DNA of 64,000 nt from Pseudomonadota bacterium. GTDB taxonomy: Archaea; Thermoplasmatota; SW-10-69-26; JACQPN01; JAJPHT01. Both the position numbers and the translations under genes were made by a program. Where the stretch lies: the NCBI GenBank assembly GCA_021325135.1, contig JAJPHT010000029.1, positions 1 through 64,000 of the forward strand, given 5' to 3'. This document shows, piece after piece, positions 27,062-36,304 of this stretch; position 1 is the first letter of the stretch, and the number at the start of each line of letters is the position of its first letter. The notes under the pieces were generated by a model. The model did not search any database, had not been told where the DNA came from, and saw nothing but the letters and a program-made list of their open reading frames with translations.

Positions 27062-27844
27062 GTGGCGAACCTCGTCACCCTCGCCGACGCCGTGCTCGCC
27101 GTCATCCCCGCCGCCGTCGTCTTCTTCGCGGCCTACGGGCGCTACGACGGCATGTTCCGCGACAACGTCGTGTTCCTCTACTTCATCGGCGGGCTCCTGG
27201 TGGGGGGCCTCCTGGGCATCGTGAGCCTCTTCGCGCTGGGCATCGCGGCGCCGGTGTTCACGGTGCTGATCATCGCCCTCTTCTTCCCCATCACCGTCGT
27301 CCTGGGCATCAACCGGCGCAAGTGGCAGGGGGAGCGGCACGCCGTGTTCAACGGGGGCGCCCTGGGCCTGGGCGCGGCGGTCATGGTCTCCCTCTCGCTC
27401 CTCTACCGCCTCTCGCTCAACCTGCGCGCGCAGGCCGTCGACGAGCTGCATCTCACGGCCGTGAACGGCACGTTCCTCCCCGAGGACGAGAGCGCCATCG
27501 GCTCCTTCGTCAACCAGCACTTCTGGACCGCGACGACGCTCTCGCAGGCGCTCCTCCTCGCGGCCTCGTTCGCGGGCCTCCTCTTCGGGCTGGGCCTCCT
27601 GGCGGGCGACGGCGTGCGCCGCCGCCGGGCCATCCCCACCGCGCTCGTGGGCACGGCGATCCTGCTGCCCGTCGCGGTCTTCCTGGAGGAGTTCGTCAAC
27701 AGCCGCGCGTGGCTCTGGATCGCGCTCATGGTCGCCTACGGCGCCATCTTCGGCGCGCTGGCGGAGCGGCGCCTCTTCATCGAGGGCGTCAGCGAGGACG
27801 ACCGCAAGGCGCTGCGCCGGCGCCGCCGCGCCGCGCAGGAATGA
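27062..27844 (+). CDS. multi-pass membrane protein (PrsW-like N-terminus, function unknown)
   Basis: About seven hydrophobic helices; GTG start ~25 nt after a promoter-like box. Confidence 0.75.
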   Translation: MANLVTLADAVLAVIPAAVVFFAAYGRYDGMFRDNVVFLYFIGGLLVGGLLGIVSLFALGIAAPVFTVLIIALFFPITVVLGINRRKWQGERHAVFNGGALGLGAAVMVSLSLLYRLSLNLRAQAVDELHLTAVNGTFLPEDESAIGSFVNQHFWTATTLSQALLLAASFAGLLFGLGLLAGDGVRRRRAIPTALVGTAILLPVAVFLEEFVNSRAWLWIALMVAYGAIFGALAERRLFIEGVSEDDRKALRRRRRAAQE

Positions 27845-27923
27845 CGCTCCGCTGGAGCAATCTTGTGAAATCCCTTGCGGCGGGCGACTCCTATATGTCT
27901 CCCGATGCCCTGCGCGCTCGCAG

Positions 27924-29231
27924 GTGTCCGGCTTGAGCAAGAAGACCCTTCTCGTGGCGTGCGCGGTCGCGGTGGCCGCGTCCTTCGCCGTCCTCGCCCC
28001 CCTGGCGAGCGCCATCGTCACGCCCACGTTCACGATCTCCCCTGGCCCCATCACGCTCAACGGCGTCAGCAACGCCGGAGAGCCCAGCATCGGCGCGGAC
28101 CTCGCCACGGGCGCCTTCCTGTTCGAGGCCTCGGCGACGACGTACAAGATCGTCATCTCCGGCGGCAGCGCGACGTGGACCAGCGCCGCGCGCCCCGTGA
28201 CGACGCCCAACCTCGACCCCATCCTGGCCACCGACCCCGCGACGGGCCGCACGTGGGCGGGCGGGCTGGACGGCTCGTGCAGCATCCTGTCGTACACCGA
28301 CGACGACGGCGCCTCGTGGACGCCCGTGGCGAACTCGTGCTCGGGCACCATCGACCACGAGACCATCGGCGCGGGCCCGTGGCACAACGGCGTCGGGCCC
28401 GCCGGCGCCACGTCCAGCCGCGCCGTCTACTACTGCGCCCAGGAGAGCCGCGACGCGTGCGCGGTGAGCCTGGACGGCGGCCTCACCTTCGCGCCTCCCC
28501 TCGTGGTGAACGGCGCGTGCGGCAGCCTCCACGGCCACGTGAAGGTCTCCTCCTTCGGCGTCGCGTTCCTGCCCAACGACCACTGCGGCGGGCCCGCGGG
28601 CGGCGCCATCAACGTCGCCAACGGCCTCGCGTGGAACAGCTACACCATCTCGGGCTCGTGCGCCGCGACCACCTTCGACCCCAGCGTCGGCACCACCGAC
28701 TCGGGCTGGGTCTACGAGGCGTGGCAGGGGTGCGACAACCACATGCACGTCGCCCTGAGCAAGGACAACGCGACGACGTGGATCAACGCCACCGACCTCT
28801 CCACCAGCATCAGCCCCTCGGTGCTCATCGGCACCATGCCCGCCGTGGTCGCGGGCGTCGACAACCGCGCGGCGGTGGCCTACCTGGGCTCCACCACCGG
28901 CGGGAACGGCTTCACCTCCAGCTTCGCGGGCACGTGGGACCTCTACGTCTCCTACACCTACGATGGCGGCCACTCGTGGACCACCGTCAAGGTCACGTCG
29001 GACCCCGTGCAGCGCGGCTGGATCTGCGCGGGCGGCATCACGGGCTGCTCGGGCCCGGGCCGCAACTTGCTGGACTTCATCGACGCCACGGCGGACGCCA
29101 GCGGCAACGTCGTCGTCGCGTTCGCCGACGGCTGCATCAACGTCTGCGCGGGCGCCACGGGCACCAGCGCGCAGTCCACCAGCGCGTGGGCCACCATCGC
29201 CGCGCAGACCGGCGGCACGCCCCTGCGATAA
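27924..29231 (+). CDS. secreted BNR/Asp-box beta-propeller (sialidase-like) protein, paralog 1
   Basis: Signal peptide; Asp-boxes TDDDGASW, SLDGGLTF, SKDNATTW, TYDGGHSW; paired Cys. Confidence 0.85.
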   Translation: MSGLSKKTLLVACAVAVAASFAVLAPLASAIVTPTFTISPGPITLNGVSNAGEPSIGADLATGAFLFEASATTYKIVISGGSATWTSAARPVTTPNLDPILATDPATGRTWAGGLDGSCSILSYTDDDGASWTPVANSCSGTIDHETIGAGPWHNGVGPAGATSSRAVYYCAQESRDACAVSLDGGLTFAPPLVVNGACGSLHGHVKVSSFGVAFLPNDHCGGPAGGAINVANGLAWNSYTISGSCAATTFDPSVGTTDSGWVYEAWQGCDNHMHVALSKDNATTWINATDLSTSISPSVLIGTMPAVVAGVDNRAAVAYLGSTTGGNGFTSSFAGTWDLYVSYTYDGGHSWTTVKVTSDPVQRGWICAGGITGCSGPGRNLLDFIDATADASGNVVVAFADGCINVCAGATGTSAQSTSAWATIAAQTGGTPLR

Positions 29232-29351
29232 TCCGCAGCCGAATCGCTGCACGTGAAGCGGTTAGGGCCGCCTCCCTGGAGCTTTCCTGTGAAAGGCTCC
29301 AGGGAGCGCGGCTCCATTAAGCCACGAAGCGCGCTCACGGGCTGGAACCTC

Positions 29352-30659
29352 ATGCGCGCGAACTCCTTCCTGCTCCTGGCGGCCGTCCTCGCGGGCGCCG
29401 CCTTCGTCCTCGCCCCCATGGCGAGCGCCATCGTCACGCCGACGTTCACCGTCTACGCGGCGCCCAGCTCCCTCTTCAACGCCAACGGGGCCGGCGAGCC
29501 CAGCGTGGGCGACAACTGGCTCACCGGGAACCTCCTCTACCAGTCGGGCCCCGAGACGTACAAGATCGTCCTCTCCGGCGGCAGCGCCGCGTGGAGCGAC
29601 GTCACGCCCCTCAACTCCGTCATCAACATCGACCCCATCCTCGCCACCGACAGCGCCGTGGGCCGCACGTGGGCCGGCGGCCTCGACGGCTCGTGCAGCG
29701 TGCTCTCGGTCTCCACCAACGACGGCGCGAGCTGGACGCCCATGGGCAACCCCTGCTCGGGCACCATCGACCACGAGACCATCGGCGGCGGCCCCTGGCT
29801 GAACAACGTGCCGCCCACCGGCGCCACCGCCACCCGCGCGACCTACTACTGCGCGCAGACCTCCTCGGACACCTGCGCCACGAGCCTCAACGGCGGCCTC
29901 GCCTTCGGCGCCCCCGTCCCCGTGCTGGGCTCCTGCGGCAGCCTCCACGGCCACGTGAAGGTCTCCTCCCTGGGCATCGCCTTCCTGCCCAACGGCAACT
30001 GCGGCAACAACGGCACGCAGATCGGCGGCGGCATCACCATCAACAACGGCCTGACGTGGAACAGCTACGTGATCCCCAACGCGGGCGAGCCCCCGAGCCT
30101 CGACGTCTTCGACCCCAGCGTCGGCACCACCGACTCGGGCTGGGTCTACCAGGCGTGGCAGGGCTCGGACAACCACATGCACGTGGCCCTCAGCAAGACC
30201 AACGGCTCCACGTGGATCAACATGAGCGACCTCTCGTCCACCACGAGCCCCGCGGTCCTCAGCGCCACCATGCCCGCCGTCGTCGCGCGCGCGGACAACA
30301 ACGCCGCCGTCGCCTACCTGGGCACGACCAACTCCGGCAACGCGTTCGCGTCCAGCTTCAGCGGCACCTGGGACCTCTACGTCTCGTTCACCTACGACGG
30401 CGGCCACTCGTGGACCACCGTGAAGGTCACGTCGGACCCCGTGCAGCGCGGGTGGATCTGCGCCCAGGGCACGGGCTGCAGCGGCGGCCGCAACCTGCTG
30501 GACTTCATCGACGCCACCACCGACGCGAACGGCAACGTCGTCGTCGCCTTCGCGGACGGCTGCATCAACACCTGCGCCGGCCCCTCCGGCACCAAGGCGC
30601 AGTCCACCAGCGAGTGGGCCACCATCGCGGTGCAGACCGGCGGCACGCCGCTGAAGTAG
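29352..30659 (+). CDS. secreted BNR/Asp-box beta-propeller (sialidase-like) protein, paralog 2
   Basis: Colinear with paralog 1; STNDGASW, SLNGGLAF, SKTNGSTW, TYDGGHSW. Confidence 0.85.
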   Translation: MRANSFLLLAAVLAGAAFVLAPMASAIVTPTFTVYAAPSSLFNANGAGEPSVGDNWLTGNLLYQSGPETYKIVLSGGSAAWSDVTPLNSVINIDPILATDSAVGRTWAGGLDGSCSVLSVSTNDGASWTPMGNPCSGTIDHETIGGGPWLNNVPPTGATATRATYYCAQTSSDTCATSLNGGLAFGAPVPVLGSCGSLHGHVKVSSLGIAFLPNGNCGNNGTQIGGGITINNGLTWNSYVIPNAGEPPSLDVFDPSVGTTDSGWVYQAWQGSDNHMHVALSKTNGSTWINMSDLSSTTSPAVLSATMPAVVARADNNAAVAYLGTTNSGNAFASSFSGTWDLYVSFTYDGGHSWTTVKVTSDPVQRGWICAQGTGCSGGRNLLDFIDATTDANGNVVVAFADGCINTCAGPSGTKAQSTSEWATIAVQTGGTPLK

Positions 30660-30667
30660 GCCGTTCC

Positions 30668-30706
30668 GGAGCGCCGGCGCGGCTGGCGCTCCCCATCCTC
30701 TTTTTT
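30668..30706 (+). terminator. intrinsic-terminator-like hairpin plus T-tract
   Basis: GGAGCGCCGGC-gcg-GCTGGCGCTCC, then TTTTTT at 30701-30706, just after the stop at 30659. Confidence 0.6.
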
Positions 30707-30720
30707 CTCGTCCTTCCGGC

Positions 30721-30873
30721 TCAGCAGCGCGGGTCCTTGCCGCACCGCTGGCACGTGAACGCGTGGATGTCCAGGTGCCCTGGCCGCTCGTGGCAGAAGA
30801 GCGAGCCTCGCGCGCCGCAGCAGTCGCAGTCGCGCACCTCCTGGCAGAAGGGCGCCCAGACGGGAAGGGCCAC
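30721..30873 (-). CDS. 50-aa zinc-finger microprotein
   Basis: CDCCG…CQRCG; GTG start ~24 nt after TTGAAG. Confidence 0.55.
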   Translation of the reverse strand: MALPVWAPFCQEVRDCDCCGARGSLFCHERPGHLDIHAFTCQRCGKDPRC

Positions 30874-30980
30874 GATCCAGGAAACACCGCCCGCACGCTT
30901 CAACGCGCCGGGGGCGCTTCCGGTCGAAAAGCCAGGGCAGGCCACGGTGAGTTCTTGTAACGCTGGTCCCTTCGCGCGTC

Positions 30981-31130
30981 GTGCTCCCCGCGGGATCCGG
31001 CTCCTTGCTGTTCGCGCTGCTTCTTCTGGCCGTCCTCGCCATCGTGGCGGCCGCAGGCGTGGGCGCCTTCCTCAGGCTCGTCCGCGCGCGCCGAAGCCTC
31101 CAGCGCGAGCGCGAAGAGGGCGAGCGATAG
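30981..31130 (+). CDS. 49-aa single-TM microprotein (not in ORF track)
   Basis: VLPAGSGSLLFALLLLAVLAIVAAAGVGAFLRLVRARRSLQREREEGER*; TTGTAA ~20 nt upstream. Confidence 0.5.
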   Translation: MLPAGSGSLLFALLLLAVLAIVAAAGVGAFLRLVRARRSLQREREEGER

Positions 31131-31196
31131 ACGGCACGGAGCGCGAGGAGGACCCAGCCCCGGCCCGGGTCCCCCTCGGCCCGTTTGCGTTGGGCC

Positions 31197-32096
31197 TCAG
31201 AGGTCTTCGAGCACGAAGCGCGCGATGTCCGTGGGGAACGTCGCGACCTTGGCGCCGGCCTTCTTGAACGCCGCCATCTTGGACTCTGCGGTGCCCATGC
31301 CGCGGCTCACGATGGCGCCCGCGTGGCCCATGCGCTTGCCCTCGGGCGCGGCGCGGCCCGCGATGTAGGCGTACACGGGCTTCTTGACGTGCTTGCGCAC
31401 GTAGTCCGCCGCCATCTCCTCCGCGGTGCCGCCGATCTCGCCCACGAGGACGATGGCCTCGGTGGCGGGGTCGCTGTTGAAGATCGCCAGCGCGTCGAGG
31501 AAGTTCGTGCCGTTGACGGGGTCGCCGCCCAGGCCCAGGACGCCGCTCTGGCCCACGCCGTTCTCGCTGAGCGCGTTCACGATCTCGTAGGTGAGCGTGC
31601 CGCTGCGCGACGCGATGCCGACGTTGCCGGGCTTGAAGATCTTGTTGGGCAGGATGCCGATCTTGCACTTCTCGCGCGGGTTCGCCATGCCGGGGCAGTT
31701 GGGGCCCAGCACGCGCGCGCCCTTGAGGCGGGCGTACCACACGAAGTCCATGGCGTCGTGGAAGGGGATGTGCTCCGTGATGACGACGACGTCCTGGATG
31801 CCCGCGTCGATGGCCTCCAGCACGGCGTCCTTGGCGAACTTCGCGGGCACGTAGACGACGCTGGCGTTGGCGCCGGTCTTCTCCACGGCGTCGAAGCAGC
31901 TGTCGAACACGGGCAGGCCGTTGACCTTCTCGCCCGCCTTGCCCGGCGTCACGCCGCCCACGACCTTCGTGCCGAAGTCCAGCATCTGCTGGGAGTGGAA
32001 CGTGCCCTGGTGGCCCGTGATGCCCTGGACGATGACCTTGGTGCTCCGGCCGATGGGGAAGCCCTGGGCCTTCTGCACCTGCACGGCGGCCGCCAT
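31197..32096 (-). CDS. sucD: succinyl-CoA synthetase alpha subunit
   Basis: VQGITG, GVTPGK, GPNCPG, SRSGTLTYE, GEIGG, MGHAGA. Confidence 0.97.
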   Translation of the reverse strand: MAAAVQVQKAQGFPIGRSTKVIVQGITGHQGTFHSQQMLDFGTKVVGGVTPGKAGEKVNGLPVFDSCFDAVEKTGANASVVYVPAKFAKDAVLEAIDAGIQDVVVITEHIPFHDAMDFVWYARLKGARVLGPNCPGMANPREKCKIGILPNKIFKPGNVGIASRSGTLTYEIVNALSENGVGQSGVLGLGGDPVNGTNFLDALAIFNSDPATEAIVLVGEIGGTAEEMAADYVRKHVKKPVYAYIAGRAAPEGKRMGHAGAIVSRGMGTAESKMAAFKKAGAKVATFPTDIARFVLEDL

Positions 32097-32097
32097 C

Positions 32098-32526
32098 TCA
32101 GCGACCCCCGCGCTTGGCGGACTTCTTGGCCTTCTTCGCGGCCTTCTTGCCCTTCTTCGCGGGCGCCTTCCTGGCGGCCTTCTTCGCCTTCCGGGGCGCG
32201 GCGCGCTTGGCCTTCTTGGCGGGGCCCTTCTTCGCGGCCTTCGCCTTCTTGGCCGTCTTCTTCTTGGGGGCGACCTTCTTGGCGACCTTGGTGGCGGCGC
32301 GGGCGGCGGCCTCGCGCACCTTGGTCTCCGCCTTCTGCTCCGCCTCGCGCGCGGCCTCCGCCGTCTTCTCGGCGACGACGCGGGCCTCCTGCGCGGCGGC
32401 CTCGGCGGCCTTCTTCATCTCGGCGCTGGCGGCCTCGGCGACCTTCACGGCCATCTCGGCGGCGGCGTCCTTGAGGGCCTTCGCGGCCTCGCTGATCGTG
32501 TGGGGCTTGCTCTGCGGGGTCTCCAT
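32098..32526 (-). CDS. Ala/Glu/Lys helical protein with histone H1-like Lys/Ala/Pro tail
   Basis: ATG 32526 fills the sucC-sucD gap with 2-nt and 1-nt spacers; tail KKVAPKKKTAKKAKAAKK…. Confidence 0.85.
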   Translation of the reverse strand: METPQSKPHTISEAAKALKDAAAEMAVKVAEAASAEMKKAAEAAAQEARVVAEKTAEAAREAEQKAETKVREAAARAATKVAKKVAPKKKTAKKAKAAKKGPAKKAKRAAPRKAKKAARKAPAKKGKKAAKKAKKSAKRGGR

Positions 32527-32528
32527 GC

Positions 32529-33812
32529 TCAGCGGCCTCCCTTCTTGGCCTTCTTCGCGGGCTTCGCCTTCTTGGCGGTCTTCTTCCTGGGCGCGGCGCG
32601 CTTCGCGGCCTTGGCCTTCTTCGCGCGCTTCGCGGGCATCGCCGCCTCGGGGACCTCCACCTTGTAGGTGAGGGGCGGGAGCGGCTGGTTGGCGAGGACG
32701 CGGCGCTCGATCTCGACGGTGAGCTTCGCGGCCTCCTGCAGCGTGTTGGTGGTGTAGAGGCCGGCCTCCTTGAGGATGGCGCGCGCCTCCTCCTCGTTCA
32801 CGCCCTTGATGCGCGTGACGATGGGGAAGGGGATCTTCTCCTGGTCGAGCACCATCTTGAGCCCCTTGGCGACGGTGTCGCTCTTGGTGATGCCGCCGAA
32901 GAGGTTGAGCATCATGACGGTGGGCTCGGCCTTCTTCATGAGCAGCACGCACTCGCGGACCTTCTCCGCGTTGTCGGTGCCGCCCAAGTCCAGGAAGATG
33001 CCCGGCTCGCCGCCGTAGTGCTTGATGGCGTCGAGGGTCGCCATGGTGAGGCCGGCGCCGTTGGCGATGATGCCGATCTTCCCGTTGAGCTGGATGAAGG
33101 CGATGCCCTTCTGCTCGGCCTCCCACTCCAGGGGCGTCTTCTCCTCCTTGGGCTCCTCGAAGTCCGCGTGGCGCCACGCGGCATCGTCGTCGAGGATGAC
33201 CTTGGCGTCGGCCGCGAGGACCTTGCCCTGGGGCGTGACCGCGAGGGGGTTGATCTCCAGGAGCTCGGCGTCCATGCCGCGGAAGGCGGTGACGAGCTTC
33301 GCGAGGATGCTCTCCACCTGCTTGCGCGCCTCGGGCGCGAGCCTGCTGCCCTGGAAGAGGGCGCGGGCGTGGAAGGGCTGGAAGCCGGTGACGGGGTGGA
33401 CGTGGACGCGCTTGATCTTCTCGTCGGGGACGCTCTCGATCTCGACGCCGCCCTCCTCGCTGTAGAGGATGAGGAGCGTGCGCGTCGCGCGGTCCAGCGA
33501 GACGCTGGCGTAGAGCTCCTTGGCGAAGTCGAGCTTCTCCACGAGGAAGACCTTCTCGACCTTGAGCCCCTTGATGTCCATGCCCAGGACCTGGCGCGTC
33601 TTGGCGACGGCCTGCTCCCAGGTGTCCGCGAACTGGATGCCGCCGGCCTTGCCGCGGCCGCCGACGAGGACCTGCGCCTTGATGACGAGGGGGTACTTGA
33701 GCTGGCCCTTCACGCGCTCCAGCTCGTCCATGGAGGAGACGACGACGCCCGAGGGGGTCGGGATGCCGAACCGCTCGAACACCTGCCGCCCCTGGTATTC
33801 GTAGAGCTTCAC
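32529..33812 (-). CDS. sucC: succinyl-CoA synthetase beta subunit with Lys-rich C-terminal tail
   Basis: KLYEYQG, KAQVLVGGRGKAGG, GGVEIE, EINPL, NGAGLTMAT.D, FLDLGG, FGGIT. Confidence 0.96.
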   Translation of the reverse strand: MKLYEYQGRQVFERFGIPTPSGVVVSSMDELERVKGQLKYPLVIKAQVLVGGRGKAGGIQFADTWEQAVAKTRQVLGMDIKGLKVEKVFLVEKLDFAKELYASVSLDRATRTLLILYSEEGGVEIESVPDEKIKRVHVHPVTGFQPFHARALFQGSRLAPEARKQVESILAKLVTAFRGMDAELLEINPLAVTPQGKVLAADAKVILDDDAAWRHADFEEPKEEKTPLEWEAEQKGIAFIQLNGKIGIIANGAGLTMATLDAIKHYGGEPGIFLDLGGTDNAEKVRECVLLMKKAEPTVMMLNLFGGITKSDTVAKGLKMVLDQEKIPFPIVTRIKGVNEEEARAILKEAGLYTTNTLQEAAKLTVEIERRVLANQPLPPLTYKVEVPEAAMPAKRAKKAKAAKRAAPRKKTAKKAKPAKKAKKGGR

Positions 33813-34086
33813 CGGGGATCCACCTGGGGCGCGGGAACCCACCCCGGCATAAAAAGGGATTGGGCGGCGTGGCCTTGCGGCGCGCCGCCGCGGCGCCTAC
33901 GCGCCGGAGGTCCAGCGCCCGCGCTGGCCGGCCTCGCCGCAGATCGAAAATTGGACGCGAGTGTTCAGGGTCGAGACGCCAGGGCCCCGAGAGAATCGAC
34001 CACGCTGCAGGGAAAAGCCTGCGCCCCGTTATCTTCCCGGGGGGCGCTGGAGGGTCCGGCCCTTCGTGGCCGGGAGAACCAACACC

Positions 34087-34428
34087 ATGAGCACCCTCCG
34101 CATCGCCCTCGCCCTTTCGATCTGCCTCGCCCTGCCCTTCCTGCTGCCCGAGGCCGCGGCGTCCAGCTGCACGGCCACCTCGGGCCACTCGTGCACGTTC
34201 ACGTGCGCCCTGGGCGACTTCATCCACGTCTCGGGCTCGCGCACGGGCTTCGGCTCCATCGGCGTGAGCGCGGAGTGCGGCGGCGCCAGCGCGGACTGCC
34301 TCGCCACGAACTTCGACGCGACGTGCTCGGGCTCCAGCCTGACGCCCGCCACCAGCGCGGCCGTGGGCACGTGCAGCACGTACACCACCGACTCGACGGC
34401 GACCTGCTGGACCTCGCCCCTTCCGTAG
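34087..34428 (+). CDS. small secreted Cys-rich protein
   Basis: Signal peptide ending AAA; 8 Cys in ~88 mature residues. Confidence 0.75.
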   Translation: MSTLRIALALSICLALPFLLPEAAASSCTATSGHSCTFTCALGDFIHVSGSRTGFGSIGVSAECGGASADCLATNFDATCSGSSLTPATSAAVGTCSTYTTDSTATCWTSPLP

Positions 34429-34551
34429 GGCGAAAGAGTCCTCATCACCGCCCACCCCGGGGCATCCACGCCGAAGAACGACGTTTGGGATGGGATGCAC
34501 GATGGGGCGCGGGGCCCCGGGGCGGGCGGTGGATGAGAGGGAAGGCCGGCC

Positions 34552-34785
34552 TCAGCCGGCGTAGGACTTCTCCTGCTCGGCGCGCAGGACGCTGATCTCC
34601 AGCATGGCCTGGTTCACGTCGCGCTCGAACTCGCGGCGCGCGAGGGCCAGGACGCTGTTGCGGAACGCCTCGGTCATGGCGTAGCGCGGGCAGAGGAACT
34701 CGCCCGGCTCGGGGGCCATGCCCAGCGCGCAGGTCGAGCCCTTGCGCTGGGCGCAGTTGTCGCAGCTTGCGATCAGGATTGCCAT
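34552..34785 (-). CDS. 77-aa protein with N-terminal 4-Cys metal site and C-terminal helix
   Basis: CDNC…C…CP; GGGGAGAG upstream of ATG; strong codon bias. Confidence 0.75.
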   Translation of the reverse strand: MAILIASCDNCAQRKGSTCALGMAPEPGEFLCPRYAMTEAFRNSVLALARREFERDVNQAMLEISVLRAEQEKSYAG

Positions 34786-35050
34786 TGCCAGTCTCTCCCC
34801 GGATGGGAGGGCCCCGTGCAGGTCGCGGCGCGCACACGCCGGGTGTCCGACCCGCGGAGGTTCCCCTTCGGTCGCCGCCCCGTTCCACGGGACGGCAGCA
34901 CCGGATGGCGCGGGAACCTCGCTTAACGCTTCGCTTCTCGGCCTGCTCATGAACCCCCTCGTTGCCAGGCGGGCTCGTTGCGGCCGTTCCCTGGGGGAGC
35001 GCCGCACCGCTGCGGGAAGCCCTTATGCCGGGGCCGCGAATGGGCAAGAC

Positions 35051-36304
35051 GTGGACGGGCTCGACCTGCTGCGCCGCGTGTGGCGACCGGGCGAGCCCGC
35101 GGCCTTCCTCGACGGGCCCTCCCCCTTCGTGGGCGTCGCACCCTCGGCGGCGCTCTGCGTGCGCGAGGGCCGCGTATGGCGCCGCGAGGGCGCCGCGTGG
35201 CGCGACGCCGGCGAGACGCCCTGGGACGCGATGCGCGCCTTCCTGCGCGGCGGCCTGCGCACCGTGGCGCTCCTCTCCTACGACGCGGGCCGCCTCGTGG
35301 AGCGCCTTCCTTCCCTGGCGCGCGACGACACGGCGCTGCCCCAGGTCGTGCTGCTGCGCTTCGACGCGGGCTGGGTGGGCGGCGAGCTTCGCGGCGACGA
35401 GGGCGCGCTGGCCGAGCGCGCGAAGGGCGATCCCCTGCCCCTCCCCCGCGGCGCGGTGGGCCCCGTGGAGCCTTCGATGCCCCGCGAGGCGTTCGAGGCC
35501 ATGGTGCGCCGCGCCCAGGAGCGCGTCCGCGAGGGCGACGTCTTCCAGGTGAACCTCAGCCACCGCCTGGAGGCCGACTGCACGCTCCACCCGCTGGACC
35601 TCTTCGCGCGCCTCTCGCGGGCGAACCCGGCCCCCTTCCGCGCCTTCCTCCAGACGGGCCCGCTGCCGGGCGATCCCGAGGGGTTCCACGTGGTGAGCGC
35701 GAGCCCGGAGCGCCTCGTCCGCGTGGAGGCCGGCCGCGTGGAGGCGCGCCCCATCGCCGGCACGCGCCGCCGCGGCGCGACCCCGGAGGAGGACGCGGCC
35801 CTGGCGGCGGAGCTGGCCTCCGACGGCAAGGAGCGCGCGGAGCACGCCATGATGGTGGACCTGGCGCGGAACGACCTGGGCCGCGTCGCGCGCTTCGGCA
35901 GCGTCCGCGTGCCGCGCTTCTCCGCCGTGGAGACGTACCGCACCGTCCACCACCTGGTGAGCACCGTGGAGGGCGCCCTCGCGCCGGGCCGCGACGCGGT
36001 GGACGTGCTGCGGGCCCTCTTCCCGGGCGGCACCATCACCGGGGCGCCCAAGGTGCGCGCCATGGAGGTCATCGAGGAATTGGAGCCCGTGCGGCGCGGC
36101 GTCTACACGGGGAGCCTCGGCTGGATCGCGCCGGGGGGCGACATGGACCTCAACATCCTCATCCGGACCCTCCTGGTGAAGCGGGGCCGCGTGCACCTCC
36201 AGGTGGGGGCGGGGATCGTGGAGGAGAGCGATCCCGCCCGCGAGTGGGAGGAGACCCTCGCCAAGGCCCAGGGCGTGCTCCTGGCGCTGGGGGCCGCGCC
36301 GTGA
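35051..36304 (+). CDS. pabB: aminodeoxychorismate synthase component I (anthranilate synthase I family)
   Basis: GDVFQVNLS, SASPER, PIAGT, KERAEHAMMVDLARND, PGGTITGAPK, NILIRT. Confidence 0.85.
   Translation: MDGLDLLRRVWRPGEPAAFLDGPSPFVGVAPSAALCVREGRVWRREGAAWRDAGETPWDAMRAFLRGGLRTVALLSYDAGRLVERLPSLARDDTALPQVVLLRFDAGWVGGELRGDEGALAERAKGDPLPLPRGAVGPVEPSMPREAFEAMVRRAQERVREGDVFQVNLSHRLEADCTLHPLDLFARLSRANPAPFRAFLQTGPLPGDPEGFHVVSASPERLVRVEAGRVEARPIAGTRRRGATPEEDAALAAELASDGKERAEHAMMVDLARNDLGRVARFGSVRVPRFSAVETYRTVHHLVSTVEGALAPGRDAVDVLRALFPGGTITGAPKVRAMEVIEELEPVRRGVYTGSLGWIAPGGDMDLNILIRTLLVKRGRVHLQVGAGIVEESDPAREWEETLAKAQGVLLALGAAP

Noticed and set aside
27924-30659. Duplication as an assembly artefact
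   Set aside because: The copies differ by many substitutions and compensating indels, so they are true paralogs.
32114-32671. + strand 'membrane protein' rich in Phe/Leu/Ala
   Set aside because: Reverse-complement read of the AAG/GCC (Lys/Ala) repeats of the H1-like gene and SucC tail.
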